Source: Octopus sinensis (lineage: Eukaryota). Taken from it: DNA of 64,000 nucleotides. The DNA lies in the NCBI RefSeq assembly GCF_006345805.1, contig NC_043016.1, positions 18,848,001-18,912,000 on the forward strand, written 5' to 3'. The notes beneath the pieces are model-generated. The model was not told where the DNA came from. It saw only the letters and a program-made list of their open reading frames with translations, and made no database searches. Numbering within the stretch: the stretch's first letter is position 1; each line of letters opens with the position of its first letter. Below are positions 62,464 to 64,000 of the stretch, piece after piece. A program made the position numbers and the translations under genes.

Positions 62464-62839
62464 AGCAGTTAGAGAAATAAATTATTAATAAATAGAATCC
62501 CTAATAGCGAGGCAGTCCGCTTAGAGTTATTTAAGGTAAATCTTACTCAAAAGTCCCAGATTACTCTGTCAACCGCAATGCATGGAAGATGTTATCCTCC
62601 AGTTCCTTTTCTCCTACTAAGAAAAGCATTCTCAGAGTAGATCCATTCAGTCTCACTAGCCTTGCCACTCTCATCCACCTTTTGATAAACACACTACAAG
62701 CAGCACCTCCCTCTCAACGTCACCTTCCTCTTCAAATGATATTTAAATACATTGATGAGGACTTGGCTAGATAGGAAAGTTCCTGTCTTCAAAAATTCCA
62801 AATGGATCCACCACAGCCTTTTTTTTTTTTATTGCCACA

Positions 62840-63720
62840 GTCACTAAGTAGAGAAAGATCTGCCTTCCTTCTCTGCTAACGGAAGATAGTGAATCGATCT
62901 TCAGCGGACAGCTGGATTGGTCTTATATGACAATGAAGCTGTTCAAAACAAGCTCAGAATTCTAATGCGCAGGAACTGAGCAATTGCATGAAGGGCGGTT
63001 TCGTCCCCATGCATGCATCTCGGACACGTTCGGCTGTTGGAACATCCATGTCTGAAAAGCTTTCTCGAGTAGGTGATGATCCCCTCTAAAACCACATGCC
63101 GAAGACTTTTGGAAATTGTTCATGAGCCTCGCCCAAAATACTCCGAGAGAGATCACTCATATTATTCTTGCGATGCCCAGAGTGAACCCGAGGCTATCGT
63201 TGCTCATAGACTCAACTATATAAATCTTGCGTTGTTTTCCTGCTACAAGTTCTGTGCCAGACAACATCCTAGATGCCAAACGCCCAATCTTGGTGTACGT
63301 TTCACACATGACTGCATCTCCGTCCGTCAATGAAATCAGCTGCAGGAAGACGTGTCTCATGAAGGACGCCCACATCAGTTCACCTTTGTTTTCGTTGCCT
63401 TCGTTCACACCATCCCGGTGATTTAGATACTTCTGTAGTCACATCAGCCTCAATACATGGAGCCGCATCATCAAGGATGGCATCCTAAGCCTGCCACAGT
63501 GTGGGTGCTGATTCTAGATGGATTTTATGACCAGCGGAAACTGACCCACAAATCTGCTCAGTGTTTCCTCGGGACAAGGTACGACGGCTAGGCGGTAGTA
63601 CACAATCGAGGCGATGAATGATATTCACTACTTTCACCTGGCCTTTTAGAAACAGATTCCTTTCTGCTAATTTATGGGTGTGCTTGGCGACCCTAACCAT
63701 GACATCTTCCCTGTTCCTAT
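62840..63720 (-). pseudogene. L1/Tx1-clade LINE ORF2 3' fragment
   Basis: ERNLFLKGQVKVVN, YYRLAVVPCP, HPHCGRLRMPSLMMRLHVLRL, TCPRCMHGDETALHAI. Confidence 0.75.
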
Positions 63721-63776
63721 CTACCTACAGATCTGATCTAAACCAGATTATGTTATAATAATGATAATAATAATCC

Positions 63777-63980
63777 TTTCTACTATTGGCACAAGACCTA
63801 AAATTTTGGAGAACGGGGTGAGGCGATTACATCGACACCAGTGCTCAGCTTCCATCGACTCTGAAATGATAAAAGTCAAAGTCGACTTCGGGGGAATTTG
63901 AACTCAGGATCTAAAGACGGAAGAAATACCTCTGAGCATTTTGCCCGACGTACTAACGATTCTGCCAACTCACCACCTTA
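63777..63980 (-). mobile_element. Diverged SINE copy
   Basis: gattacatcgacaccagtg..aaagtcgacttcggggaatttgaactc..gagcattttgcccgac. Confidence 0.8.
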
Positions 63981-64000
63981 TTTACTACTAATAGTAATAA

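Overview
AT-rich, microsatellite-dense animal DNA. It is almost certainly octopus (coleoid cephalopod), judged from many copies of the tRNA-derived octopus-type SINE (ggcggcgagctggcagaa...gggtaataaagaaata); this is recognition from memory, not a database hit. No host gene can be called with confidence, and most long ORFs in the track are microsatellite translations. The window is a TE graveyard. It holds two Ty3/Gypsy remnants, Tc1 and mariner derivatives, a MULE (9-bp TSD) nested in a Helitron Rep remnant, and a small non-autonomous Helitron. It also holds R4/Dong-like RLE LINEs at (TAA)n tracts, L1/Tx1 and RTE fragments, and several Penelope-like elements (PLEs). The main unexplained signal is a set of type I hammerhead-ribozyme folds with non-canonical cores. 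Two PLE 3' ends carry a U3-A8/C4 core, a third PLE end carries an A6U core, and a ~380-bp foldback carries twin decayed hammerheads. Several other unrelated 0.25-1 kb foldback elements are present. A few weak candidate exons are reported at low confidence.
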